DNA of 64,000 nucleotides from Octopus bimaculoides (taxonomy: Eukaryota): contig NC_068983.1 of the NCBI RefSeq assembly GCF_001194135.2, positions 4,011,449-4,075,448 of the forward strand, in the 5' to 3' direction. Below, piece by piece: positions 50,219 to 63,067 of this stretch. How positions within the stretch are numbered: position 1 is the stretch's first letter; every line of letters starts with the position of its first letter. The notes beneath the pieces are model-generated. The model worked only from the letters and a program-made list of their open reading frames with translations. It had not been told where the DNA came from and made no database searches. Made by a program: the position numbers and the translations under genes.

Positions 50219-51683
50219 TATGTATATATATATATATAAAAGATTGACCAGACAGAATACAACAAGGGGAAAACGGTAGAGGAAAGCAGAGCAAACGAGA
50301 AACTAGACGAAGACTTAACGGATGGGAAATATAGACAAAGACACGATATACGGAATATTCGCAGCTGAGTTTCCTCGTCAGTCAATGAGCCAAAATATCA
50401 TAGTAGTTTCGCGCCATTATCATTGAGACCACCCAATCTTGGAGGTGCCAGTGCTGTTATTAAGCTACTGGGAAAAACATTAGCGTATGTATACTGAGAC
50501 AGAAACAAACAAGACATTATAAAAATACAACAAACGAAGAATTATGCATATATAACAACACGAAGCCTTACGGCTATATACAACAGAGGCAAATAGAATA
50601 ATAATAATTATACAAATACCACAAATACAACGAAAAGTGCTTTGCAGCTATCAAAAAAACTTAGTAGGGTTGCGCTGGGTGAAATGGATGTGGCAGGAGT
50701 CCAGACTAGCATGACCAGTCTGGTCAAACAAAGGCAGGGCGAAAAAGAACAACACCGCTTTCACCGGACACCCGTCACGTGGTAGAGAAGAGGAAGTATA
50801 GAGAGAGGGAAAGAATGGGATGCAAAGAGAGAGAGAGAGAGAGAGAGANNNNNNNNNNNNNNNNNNNNNNNNNNNNNNNNNNNNNNNNNNNNNNNNNNNN
50901 NNNNNNNNNNNNNNNNNNNNNNNNNNNNNNNNNNNNNNNNNNNNNNNNNNNNNNNNNNNNNNNNNNNNNNNNNNNNNNNNNNNNNNNNNNNNNNNNNNNN
51001 NNNNNNNNNNNNNNNNNNNNNNNNNNNNNNNNNNNNNNNNNNNNNNNNNNNNNNNNNNNNNNNNNNNNNNNNNNNNNNNNNNNNNNNNNNNNNNNNNNNN
51101 NNNNNNNNNNNNNNNNNNNNNNNNNNNNNNNNNNNNNNNNNNNNNNNNNNNNNNNNNNNNNNNNNNNNNNNNNNNNNNNNNNNNNNNNNNNNNNNNNNNN
51201 NNNNNNNNNNNNNNNNNNNNNNNNNNNNNNNNNNNNNNNNNNNNNNNNNNNNNNNNNNNNNNNNNNNNNNNNNNNNNNNNNNNNNNNNNNNNNNNNNNNN
51301 NNNNNNNNNNNNNNNNNNNNNNNNNNNNNNNNNNNNNNNNNNNNNNNNNNNNNNNNNNNNNNNNNNNNNNNNNNNNNNNNNNNNNNNNNNNNNNNNNNNN
51401 NNNNNNNNNNNNNNNNNNNNNNNNNNNNNNNNNNNNNNNNNNNNNNNNNNNNNNNNNNNNNNNNNNNNNNNNNNNNNNNNNNNNNNNNNNNNNNNNNNNN
51501 NNNNNNNNNNNNNNNNNNNNNNNNNNNNNNNNNNNNNNNNNNNNNNNNNNNNNNNNNNNNNNNNNNNNNNNNNNNNNNNNNNNNNNNNNNNNNNNNNNNN
51601 NNNNNNNNNNNNNNNNNNNNNNNNNNNNNNNNNNNNNNNNNNNNNNNNNNNNNNNNNNNNNNNNNNNNNNNNNNNNNNNNNNN

Positions 51684-51720
<37 letters not shown>

Positions 51721-52359
51721 ATGTATTTATGTATGTATATGTATTTATATAATTGTTTCTGTTTTCTACTGATATACTTACATTAAGTACAATTTTATAC
51801 AGCCCACCACTGAACTAGCTAACTCGCAAATACCATTTGAAAATATCCATCTAAGTTGATAAAAGGCTAGATTATATATTTAGTGTGCAATATTTTATAG
51901 GATACGATAAATTGCTATTTAATGTAGTTTTACACTAAGCTCATTATGTTATTTGGAGGGGAAAGGCAGTCACCAAATATCTCTACTCTGATTTCCCTGT
52001 GAACAATCAAGCATGAATGTTTTATATATTCTTTAAGTTTCTTGTAACGTATCCCGAATTTATATTCACTTTTTGGCGGTACTTTGTAACTTACAACATT
52101 AGTAATTTAAAACACTTGGTGCGCACTCATACATACATACATACGTATATACATACGCATGCACACACATGTACATACGTATACATATGCAAACGAGCAT
52201 ATTATACTTTTATGAATCTACTTAAGTTTCATTGAATGTACCATACATTAAATGATTGTGAATATTTAATTTTGGACAAAAACATAAACTTTAATAAGTT
52301 TTCCTTTAGAGAAAGACAATAAAATTAGTTTTTGAAGACGCACACACACCTTTCTCTCT

Positions 52360-52620
52360 CCGTCGGTTACGACGAGTGCTTTAGTTGATGTGATCAACGG
52401 AACAGCCTGCTCGCGAATTTAACGCGCAATTAACAGGCTGAGGACTCCACAGACACGCATAACCATTAACATAGTTCTCAAAGAGATTCAGCGTGACACA
52501 AAATGTAACAAGGCTGACCCATTTGAATTAAAAGCACAACTCGGTTTTTCCCAGCGGAATGGACTGGAGCAACGTGAAATCAGGTGTCCTGTTCGATGAT
52601 TCAGCGTGTTGCCGAGTATA
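52360..52620 (-). mobile_element. SINE family C
   Basis: Body match. Confidence 0.75.
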
Positions 52621-52779
52621 TGGGACTCGTGTCATATCAGAGAGGTTTCTGCCAAATTTCTAATGGCCGCAGTTTAATAACTGAAACAAGCAAAAAAAAA
52701 AAAAAAGAATCGTAAATTGAACCACGAATATACACAGACATGCAGGAGGTAAATAGACACCTTTAATTTTCAAAATACT

Positions 52780-53161
52780 TTATTTGACATTAATTGGTTG
52801 AAAGAGAGGTTTTCTTCTAGCTGCTCGTCCATAATACCTAAGCTTATGCAGATATATAGCACATGATCTTGGACTGACTTCTAGCTGTTCTGCAGTGTCA
52901 GAAGCCTTCGAACAGGGTTCGTTTTCCACAATTCTCTTCAAACAGCGAAGCTTCCTTTCCGAGGGCCCAGGTCGGCTGGGATGAGAATCTGTTGATTCTT
53001 TTCCTTGGCTTTTGAATGACCCTATAATTCTATTAACAGTAGCATGAGGAATTTGAAGGTTTTCGGCAAATTTTCGCTGGCTAAGACGAGCCTCTGATTG
53101 CCCAACAATACGACCTCTTTGTAAATCTGACAGTTCTGCTGAGTTTTTTTGTGCGTGGCAT
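52780..53161 (-). mobile_element. Tc1-like transposase N-terminal DNA-binding region, pseudogenised
   Basis: ATG 53161, a frameshift in the A-run, then [12 protein letters not shown]...TVNRII...[10 protein letters not shown]...[10 protein letters not shown], stop at 52780. Confidence 0.8.
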
Positions 53162-53442
53162 GGTTTTTCTTAGCAAATGTTTAATATAATGGCACCTGGA
53201 ATGAAAAAGAATAATTACATTGTGAATTCTACACCGCTGAAAACGTATTAAGACGCTTAGATCAGAAATTTGGAAATTAAATGTGTCTATTTACTTCCTG
53301 CATGTCTGTGTAGATTATTGCTTAAACGTTAACTTCTTATAAAGCCTAACTTCAATTTTCGTATATGGATCCTGATCAAATAAACCTTCAGGTGAAAATA
53401 GAAGTCCCACTGAACATGCATTATATAATTAGTGTGTGAATA

Positions 53443-53844
53443 GGCGCAGGAGTGGCTGTGTGGTAAGTAGCTTGCTTACCAACAACATTGTTCCGGGTTC
53501 AGTCCCACTGCGTGGCGCCTTGGGCAAGTGTCTTCTACTATAGCCTCGGGCCGACCAAAACCTTGTGGGTGGATTTGGTAGACGGAAACTGAAAGAAGCC
53601 CATCGTATATTTGTATATATATATATATATGTGTGTGTTTGTGTTTGTCCCCCCCCCCAATATCGCTTGACAACCGATGCTGGTGTGTTTACGTCCCCGT
53701 AACCTAGCGGTTCGGCAAAAAGAGACCGATAGAATGAGTACTAGGCTTACAAAGAATAAGTCCTGGGGTCGATTTGCTCGACTAAAGGCGGTGCTCCAGC
53801 ATGGCCGCAGTCAAATGACTGAAACAGGTAAAAGAGTAAAAGAG
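53443..53844 (+). mobile_element. tRNA-derived SINE, family A (most complete copy)
   Basis: Head GGCGCAGGAGTGGCTGTGTGGTAAG...GGTTCAGTCCC with A/B-box-like motifs, an internal AT/GT microsatellite and an (AAAAGAGT)n tail; more than 15 copies in the window. Confidence 0.9.
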
Positions 53845-54109
53845 AGTATGTATATGTATATGCATATGTGTGTATATATATATGTGTGTGTGTGTGTATG
53901 CATGTATGTGTGTATGTATGTATGTATGTGTGTGTATATATGTATGTGTGCGCGCGCGTGTGTATATGTTTAAAGGAAAAGCATTCAATTTCAATAAACA
54001 GTAAACTCCACGAAAACCTTTCTGCTCTTTTTGTTGACAACGAGTAACACTTGAATGCGTTATGGATACATATACACAGCCATACATAACTATGCCCCCC
54101 CTCTCTCTC

Positions 54110-54152
<43 letters not shown>

Positions 54153-54514
54153 TGAGTTATTTATGCATATCAGTAAAGTATATATACACTCACACACTCA
54201 TATATATATATAAAGACAGAGAGAGAGAGAGAGATGTATAAATATCTGCATGTATGTATATCGTGTAGCAAACTACAAGCACAGCGTGGTCGTGAATAAG
54301 TATAATTAAATGTGTATATAGTGAAATCATATCCAATATTTTAGAGAAATCTCTATTTACGGACGCTGTTGCAATAAAGTCGGTATACAACCACAGGAGT
54401 TTCGGCAGCAAAGTTTCGTTTTACAAAAGAAAATAGAGTTTAAGTTTGGAGATGAGAAACCCTGTAAGCGATCCCTGATGTGAGTTGAGAAATAACGAAA
54501 CCAGTCGGACATTC

Positions 54515-54527
54515 TGCTGACTCAGCA
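54515..54527. promoter_or_regulatory. Perfect T-MARE / ARE (Maf, CNC/Nrf2-Maf) motif
   Basis: Exact TGCTGACTCAGCA in non-repetitive sequence; motif match only. Confidence 0.35.
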
Positions 54528-54632
54528 ATCGAAACTCCTGCGGTTTGTTCCGAGATTATATTTTTCAAGTGATTCTATGTTTCTAGTATTTGATTTTCAT
54601 GCACATGCATACACACAAGCTCACTGCCACTC

Positions 54633-54665
<33 letters not shown>

Positions 54666-54798
54666 AGAAAGTGCGATGAAGCCAACGACAGGCAAAAATT
54701 CGAAGTTCCTTTCAATATTTTTCTTGTCAAAATACATTTGATCTTCTACGTTAAGGTATTAAGTGACCCTTCAAGTAATGTTTGACTGCTTCTTTATT

Positions 54799-54837
<39 letters not shown>

Positions 54838-55029
54838 ATATTTTTTCTCTTTTTTCCCTCTAGTTTCAGCTCAGAGCTGCGGCCGTGCTGATGCAGGTGA
54901 CCTGATCTGAGATGGTGTGCTGACACAAAAACAATTGCAGCATGGAAGGTGTTTATAAGCGATTTAAAAACACACAAAAACCGTTAGATTCACTTCAACA
55001 TTTAAATTTAATTTGCATATACATTTTCA

Positions 55030-55470
<441 letters not shown>

Positions 55471-55904
55471 CATGTCGATTACCGGGTCATCCACCGACTC
55501 TGACTCTGGGATTGTAATATCCTCGTATGCCCTTAGACCATATGATGATTCCCAAGAAACTAACTGCCCCACAGGGACCGATTCCGGTGACAGGACCAGG
55601 AAGTTAATCTAAAAGAAACAAGCTTTAGGCTAATGTCGGTGCTTCAGCATGGCCACAGCCTCTGTCCAAATCCGATAATAGACTAATAGAATATTGCACT
55701 GACCAGTCTAGCGTCCAAGACAAAAGGAAAGAAACTGCTCCATTTCTTTGATGATTCCGTTTGATTTTTTGGCGATTCAGGTGTTTTTCCTGCATAGAGT
55801 GGAATCTTGGATGGAAATATTGGTTCCGAAAACCTGTAAATTAAGTTTAAACATTTTATGTAATAGGAACATTTGAAAAAAAAATTATTCAGCACACACA
55901 CGTG

Positions 55905-56145
55905 TGGAAGCACATAGCCAAGTGGTTAGAGCAGCGGACTCGCGGTCGAGGGATCGCAGGTTCGAATCTCAGACCGGGCGATATGTGTGTTTATGAGTGA
56001 AACACCTAAGCACAACGCGACTCCAGCAGAAGGTAATGGTGAACTTATGCTGACTCTTTCGCCACAACTTTCTCTCACTCTTTCCTCCTGCATCTAGCCG
56101 CTCACCTGTGACGGACCGGCGTCCCGTCCAGGTGGAGAACCCATA
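55905..56145 (+). mobile_element. tRNA-derived SINE with V/Meta-like central domain
   Basis: tRNA-like head TAGCCAAGTGGTTAGAGC...GGTTCGAATC and GACGGACCGGCGTCCCGTCCAGG core; a related copy at 18385-18625 (TGGACTGGCGTCCAATCCAGGGG). Confidence 0.7.
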
Positions 56146-56215
56146 CGTCAATGAAACCGGGAAACCGGCCCTTATGAGCCAGTCATGGTTCGAGAAGGAA
56201 CAAACAACAACAGCA

Positions 56216-56269
<54 letters not shown>

Positions 56270-56791
56270 GCACACACACACACACACAGTGATTGTCCAG
56301 ACTATCGGATGTTGTTATGCATCACTGGTCACAGTGCGCATCGTTTGCATGGTTTCTAGCTTTCGAATGCTGAAGCCCTGTTGGCTAGGTGAGCAGGGTA
56401 ACATTGCTTCCGATCGGAAAGCTATTATTCCGTTGCCTGGTGTGCCTATTTACAGTTGGGTGGACTGGTGCAAAGTGAAATGAAAAATTTTCTCAAGAAC
56501 ACAACGCGTTGTCCGGTCCCAAAATGGAACCCACGATCCCCAGATCGTGAGCATAGCACCCGAGCCACCAGACCACACGCCTACACACACGCGCGCGTGC
56601 GCTCTCACGTGCATGCGCTCTCACGTGCGTACTCTGTCACTCATTTACGTATAAGTTTGCGTATGTAGAGCCAAGATGTCAAAATATGAAGATTTGATAG
56701 ACAAATGTTGATAAACACACATAAAACGAATTAAAGTCTGTTTTATAGATAGAGAGGATTATTATTATTATTATTACTGTTATTATTATTA

Positions 56792-56844
<53 letters not shown>

Positions 56845-57153
56845 GTAGAATGAGAGAGCGGCGGAGGAATTTTGGTAAATAACAAAAACATCAATGACAA
56901 GAATCGTCAGCGTGCTATTCATAACAGCGGATGTTTTCGCGTAAACCGGGCAAAGAGCGAAAGTTCGATTTTGATTGGTAGATTTCCGTGATTACGTCAC
57001 ACGTACATATGAAACCTCACCCACGTCACAGTCGCTGGTATTTTTCTTAGTTTTAAGCCTGCTTACATGGAAACGTCACATTTGTTTTCTTTGCACTCTC
57101 TAGCTATGCTGCCTCGTTGAGTGCAAGTGTGTATATATGTATGTATATATAAA

Positions 57154-57189
<36 letters not shown>

Positions 57190-57811
57190 NNNNNNNNNNN
57201 NNNNNNNNNNNNNNNNNNNNNNNNNNNNNNNNNNNNNNNNNNNNNNNNNNNNNNNNNNNNNNNNNNNNNNNNNNNNNNNNNNNNNNNNNNNNNNNNNNNN
57301 NNNNNNNNNNNNNNNNNNNNNNNNNNNNNNNNNNNNNNNNNNNNNNNNNNNNNNNNNNNNNNNNNNNNNNNNNNNNNNNNNNNNNNNNNNNNNNNNNNNN
57401 NNNNNNNNNNNNNNNNNNNNNNNNNNNNNNNNNNNNNNNNNNNNNNNNNNNNNNNNNNNNNNNNNNNNNNNNNNNNNNNNNNNNNNNNNNNNNNNNNNNN
57501 NNNNNNNNNNNNNNNNNNNNNNNNNNNNNNNNNNNNNNNNNNNNNNNNNNNNNNNNNNNNNNNNNNNNNNNNNNNNNNNNNNNNNNNNNNNNNNNNNNNN
57601 NNNNNNNNNNNNNNNNNNNNNNNNNNNNNNNNNNNNNNNNNNNNNNNNNNNNNNNNNNNNNNNNNNNNNNNNNNNNNNNNNNNNNNNNNNNNNNNNNNNN
57701 NNNNNNNNNNNNNNNNNNNNNNNNNNNNNNNNNNNNNNNNNNNNNNNNNNNNNNNNNNNNNNNNNNNNNNNNNNNNNNNNNNNNNNNNNNNNNNNNNNNN
57801 NNNNNNNNNNN

Positions 57812-57843
<32 letters not shown>

Positions 57844-57908
57844 CACAAATACATTCGTATGTATTATAAACATACATCTATACATACAGACACACGGAAA
57901 GACAGTCA

Positions 57909-57962
<54 letters not shown>

Positions 57963-58135
57963 CACATAGATAAATAAATACATACACACACACACAAATA
58001 AATATATATATATACACACATACATGTATATATATATACATATACACATACATATATATACACACACACACATATATATACACATACGTACATACATATA
58101 CACACACATATATATACACACACGTACATGCAAAC

Positions 58136-58166
<31 letters not shown>

Positions 58167-58275
58167 CAGATACATACATACATACATACATAAACACACA
58201 TACATACATACATGCATACATACATGCATACATACATACATACATAGATGTATACATATATATATATACATATAT
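57812..58275. repeat. Compound AT/AC/ATAC low-complexity array
   Basis: Seen directly. Confidence 0.9.
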
Positions 58276-58480
58276 GATTCAAATTTTGGCGCAAGTCCAG
58301 CAATTTCGGTTTGGACGTAATGTCGATGACATGGGCCTGAGTGCTCAACTAGTTCTTACGTATTTTATCGACACCGAAAGGATGAAAGGTAAAGAATTTG
58401 ATCTTAGGACGGAGAGAGGGACGAAATGCGGCGAAGTATTCCGTCCGCTGTGGCAACGTTCCTGTCTGCTGACTGCCTTA
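58270..58480 (-). mobile_element. SINE family B, diverged
   Basis: TTTATCGACACCGAAAGGATGAAAGG core. Confidence 0.65.
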
Positions 58481-59639
58481 GAATCAAACAAAATGGCACC
58501 AATCAGAAAAAGGAAACACGTTTTGTAGAAATGGTTGGTTTCAGGAGGGGGATTGTGCAGGTCCCGTCGGAGATTGTTTCTAGGTTCCGTCATGGTTGCC
58601 TTGTTTATAAACACGCTACATGGTCGCGAGGCTTCGGATGCTGCTCCACTGCGCGACAGCTTTAGCAAATGTCTTCCACTACAGCACTGACCAATACTAT
58701 GGGAGTGGATTTGGTAGATGGAAACTGAAAAAGCCTGACGTATGTATGTATGTATGTATGTATGTGTGTGAAGTCGCATTGTCAAATGGTTAGGGTGTTG
58801 CAGTCATGATCGCTATATCGTAGTTTCAATTCCTAGACCGGGTGGTATGTTGTGTTCTTGAGCAAAATACTTCATCTCACGCTGCTCTTCAATCAATTCG
58901 ATACCTGACACGTGGTACTCCTGTGTGCACCTGTTCAGGCAACGTCGACTTTGTGGAAGAAGCTATGGTTATAAAAAGGGACCGCATCAGAAAATTTATT
59001 AAGGAATTTTAGTCGAAAACATTTAAGGATCAAGTACAAGTCCCGCAGGCATAATCTACATCTGTTTAAATTAACATTAAAGTGGTGGTGGGGAGCTCGG
59101 ACAAGACTGACCATTCAGTAGTGTAGTTCATATTGCTCCTCTTCAAATCATGAATATAGGATGCCAAACGTGGTAGAATCGTAGCATTTTTCATTTTGAA
59201 CGCGATGAAGACAGGTAAGCTGTCGAAATAGCGTTCAAACCAATAAAACATCGCACTCTTCGTATCGTCTATTTACCTTTGTGAGGAGTTACGCCAATCC
59301 TTTTAAATTATTGGCTTTATGTCGAACACCTGCTGTTACGTGTAGGACGGATCCGGCTGTCAACCGATCGCCCTGCCGCCTTCCTTTAACCGGCTGTGGC
59401 CATGGCGAAAGAAGCTGTATGGTGGACGAGATTGAAGGGGCTGAAGGCAAACACTTTTCTCTTTGGCCAATCTCTAATCAACTTCTTCAAGTTTCACTTG
59501 AAGAATAAAATAAGGGTGAAGAAGGAAGTGTTGTCCTGTAGCCAGTTAACTCGTTCCAATTTGTATTTCCCACATAAAAAACCGATGTACAATTCAAGCA
59601 ACATTGTCATCTCGTCTCTTGCACTTCCGCTGTACAAAA

Positions 59640-60476
59640 GAGTGAGAGAGCAGTGTATGCCATCAAAGTGACACTGGGTTAAAATATACGAAACCCAGTA
59701 TAGCCATCATGACTACCCGTCTCATAAGGGTACACTAGGTACATGCATCACAACCATATGTGCGCGACATGGTGACCTTATCTCAAAATAAACAGCACAT
59801 TGCCTTGCAGGTGGGGCCCAGTTAGAATTTTCTTCAGGTCGAGCAGCCCATCCCACTCAAAATGTCCCCGAATAAGGGTTATTTAAGGATGTTGAACGAA
59901 ACACCAATGTTTCCAGAGGTGAATTATCCAAACCCCAAGAATTCCTCTCAACACATGGCTATGATGCTCCCCCACCACTTCTGCTCGTGATCAGAGATGC
60001 ACTTATCATCAGCCACCAAGGGACATGCTCAACAGGTTAAGGTCAAACAACTGACAAGCAATGTGGTTTGTTGCTTCTTTAAAATTCCTACACATACTGA
60101 ACAATGGCGATTTGATTGTTTTGTGAATGTGGAATTTTACGCAGCTAGTTCTTAATGCTTGCTCTTGAGCAGCACAAATAAGAGCTCCCGTCCTTTCTTT
60201 CAAATCTCCCTTACTCATCCTCGCTCAAGCAACACCCACGATGCTGTATTATCCTTAACGTCCTGTGTATTCCTTTCAAACTGTCCATGCATTCTCATTT
60301 CAAGAAGGTCTTCTTTTCTCTTCTCCTCAGCTTTTTGGTTAAACTCTTCCTTGCTCATAATTTCATCTGCATTTACACCCATATCTTTCGCGGCATATTG
60401 CAGCAGGTCTTCATCACTGTATATCAGACACTCGGCAAGCGTTCTCCTTTCACTCCTTATACAACGGTCTATACTA
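59640..60476 (-). mobile_element. R4/Dong-like non-LTR retrotransposon, 5'-truncated and internally deleted
   Basis: MHGQFER...SWVLL...GDLKERTGALICAAQEQALRT...SPLFSMCRNFKEATNHIAC (decayed CCHC finger), then straight into a 3' UTR shared with 27251-27482; its 5' junction abuts (TAA)n at 60477-60560. Confidence 0.75.

Positions 60477-60560
<84 letters not shown>
60477..60560. repeat. (TTA)n microsatellite at the R4/Dong-like junction
   Basis: Seen directly. Confidence 0.95.
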
Positions 60561-61036
60561 TTCCAGAATAATCAGGAAAGTATTAGCTTAAAAGAATGGA
60601 TAGCATGGTATCGCAGGCTGCAGGTAGCAAGCCTGCCACTGTTAGTAATTTGAGTATTCACAGCTATTTCTAAGTTTGATAAATCGAGAGAGATCTGGTC
60701 TTATTCTTTAGTTGTAATCCTACATTATTTTACGTTTTACAGCCACTCCAAGAAGCAATGAAGGAACATTTACGGGGGTCAATCCATCTGCTAGAAAGAG
60801 CAGCTATATTCTTCTCCTATCACATTTTATTCTCTTCAAAAGGAAAGACTTATTGGATAATGTAGTCCTCGATGTACTGTGTCTGAAAAAAAAAAAAGAA
60901 GAAAGAAAGGGAAAAGATTGTGTAGGTTGTAAGAAAGACAGAATCAGCTTGGCAAATGGTACTGATTCTGCTACAGATATGTTAATAGTTGAGGAGGAAG
61001 TGTTCTAAGGAATGGTGTACACTGAGGTTAGCTAAG

Positions 61037-61075
<39 letters not shown>

Positions 61076-62089
61076 NNNNNNNNNNNNNNNNNNNNNNNNN
61101 NNNNNNNNNNNNNNNNNNNNNNNNNNNNNNNNNNNNNNNNNNNNNNNNNNNNNNNNNNNNNNNNNNNNNNNNNNNNNNNNNNNNNNNNNNNNNNNNNNNN
61201 NNNNNNNNNNNNNNNNNNNNNNNNNNNNNNNNNNNNNNNNNNNNNNNNNNNNNNNNNNNNNNNNNNNNNNNNNNNNNNNNNNNNNNNNNNNNNNNNNNNN
61301 NNNNNNNNNNNNNNNNNNNNNNNNNNNNNNNNNNNNNNNNNNNNNNNNNNNNNNNNNNNNNNNNNNNNNNNNNNNNNNNNNNNNNNNNNNNNNNNNNNNN
61401 NNNNNNNNNNNNNNNNNNNNNNNNNNNNNNNNNNNNNNNNNNNNNNNNNNNNNNNNNNNNNNNNNNNNNNNNNNNNNNNNNNNNNNNNNNNNNNNNNNNN
61501 NNNNNNNNNNNNNNNNNNNNNNNNNNNNNNNNNNNNNNNNNNNNNNNNNNNNNNNNNNNNNNNNNNNNNNNNNNNNNNNNNNNNNNNNNNNNNNNNNNNN
61601 NNNNNNNNNNNNNNNNNNNNNNNNNNNNNNNNNNNNNNNNNNNNNNNNNNNNNNNNNNNNNNNNNNNNNNNNNNNNNNNNNNNNNNNNNNNNNNNNNNNN
61701 NNNNNNNNNNNNNNNNNNNNNNNNNNNNNNNNNNNNNNNNNNNNNNNNNNNNNNNNNNNNNNNNNNNNNNNNNNNNNNNNNNNNNNNNNNNNNNNNNNNN
61801 NNNNNNNNNNNNNNNNNNNNNNNNNNNNNNNNNNNNNNNNNNNNNNNNNNNNNNNNNNNNNNNNNNNNNNNNNNNNNNNNNNNNNNNNNNNNNNNNNNNN
61901 NNNNNNNNNNNNNNNNNNNNNNNNNNNNNNNNNNNNNNNNNNNNNNNNNNNNNNNNNNNNNNNNNNNNNNNNNNNNNNNNNNNNNNNNNNNNNNNNNNNN
62001 NNNNNNNNNNNNNNNNNNNNNNNNNNNNNNNNNNNNNNNNNNNNNNNNNNNATATATATATATATGCATGTATGTATGTATGTATGTAC

Positions 62090-62300
62090 TTGTGTGCCTG
62101 TGTTTGTTCCCCCCCCCCCATTATCACTTGACAAGCGATGCTGGTGTGTTTACGTCTCCGTAACCTAGCGGTTCGGCTAAAGAGACCGATAGTGTAAGTA
62201 CTAAGCTTACAATGGTTAAGTCCTGAGATTGATTTGTTCGACTAAAGGTGGTGCTCCAGCATGGCCGCTGTCAAACGACTGAAGCAAAGAAACGAATAAC
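62090..62300 (+). mobile_element. SINE family A, 3' half (5' half in gap)
   Basis: 3' body match. Confidence 0.8.
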
Positions 62301-62449
62301 AGAATATGTATGCTGGCAATGGTATGCTGGCGCCCGTCCGAATGGATTCTCAGAACTTTCCGGACAAGTGGGCAGAGGAACTTTTGTCCGGAACCGTTTT
62401 GATTTTGACTCGTAATTGTGATCACCACAAAGTGTAAAATTAACGGCAG

Positions 62450-62700
62450 AACACAAAGCAATCCAACGAAACCACATATAGAAGATCGTCTCAATACGGC
62501 AGATTAGACTCAAAAAGTGAAGACTTTACGGTCTGGAATAAAGGCGAGAAAGATACACAGTAATATACATCTCAAAGATTCGCAAGGACTTGTCCTAACA
62601 TTTTCAAAGAAAGTTATACTTTCGCCAGAACAGTGCGCCATTGTATAGCGCCAAAGATCTCACCTTTGCCATCGAAATACAGAACCTGTAGCATTAGTAC
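62450..62700 (+). mobile_element. Possible highly decayed Tc1/mariner catalytic fragment
   Basis: ESYTFRQNSAPLYSAK resembles the YTFQQDSAPAHxAK second-Asp motif; little other support. Confidence 0.35.
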
Positions 62701-62997
62701 CAAAAAGTTATCTTTATATCCAGTGTAACATGGCCGCCTTGTTAGAACAGCGTAGATAAATAAGGCTTTGGAGAAGCAGATAGCATAATACATTATGAAT
62801 TTATTTTTAATGGAAATAACTTTTGGACCGAAAATACGAGCGGGATATGAAATAGGTTTGAGATTGTAAAGGTGAATAAAAGGGGGCAGGGCTGATAGCG
62901 TGGTATGTGCAGCAAACCGTTAACCGAAAGAACGTTTTAAGTCTTAGTGCACTTAATACATACACATGCGTTCACATAACATAACACACACACAAAC

Positions 62998-63067
<70 letters not shown>

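Noticed and set aside
55905-55980. tRNA-like sequences here and at 20600-20670, 41600-41670, 46010-46080
   Set aside because: SINE heads: A/B boxes are present but the acceptor and anticodon stems do not pair properly, and SINE bodies follow.
62300-62350. PFGRAPAYHC heme-like motif
   Set aside because: Spacing does not match FxxGxRxCxG and there is no exon context.
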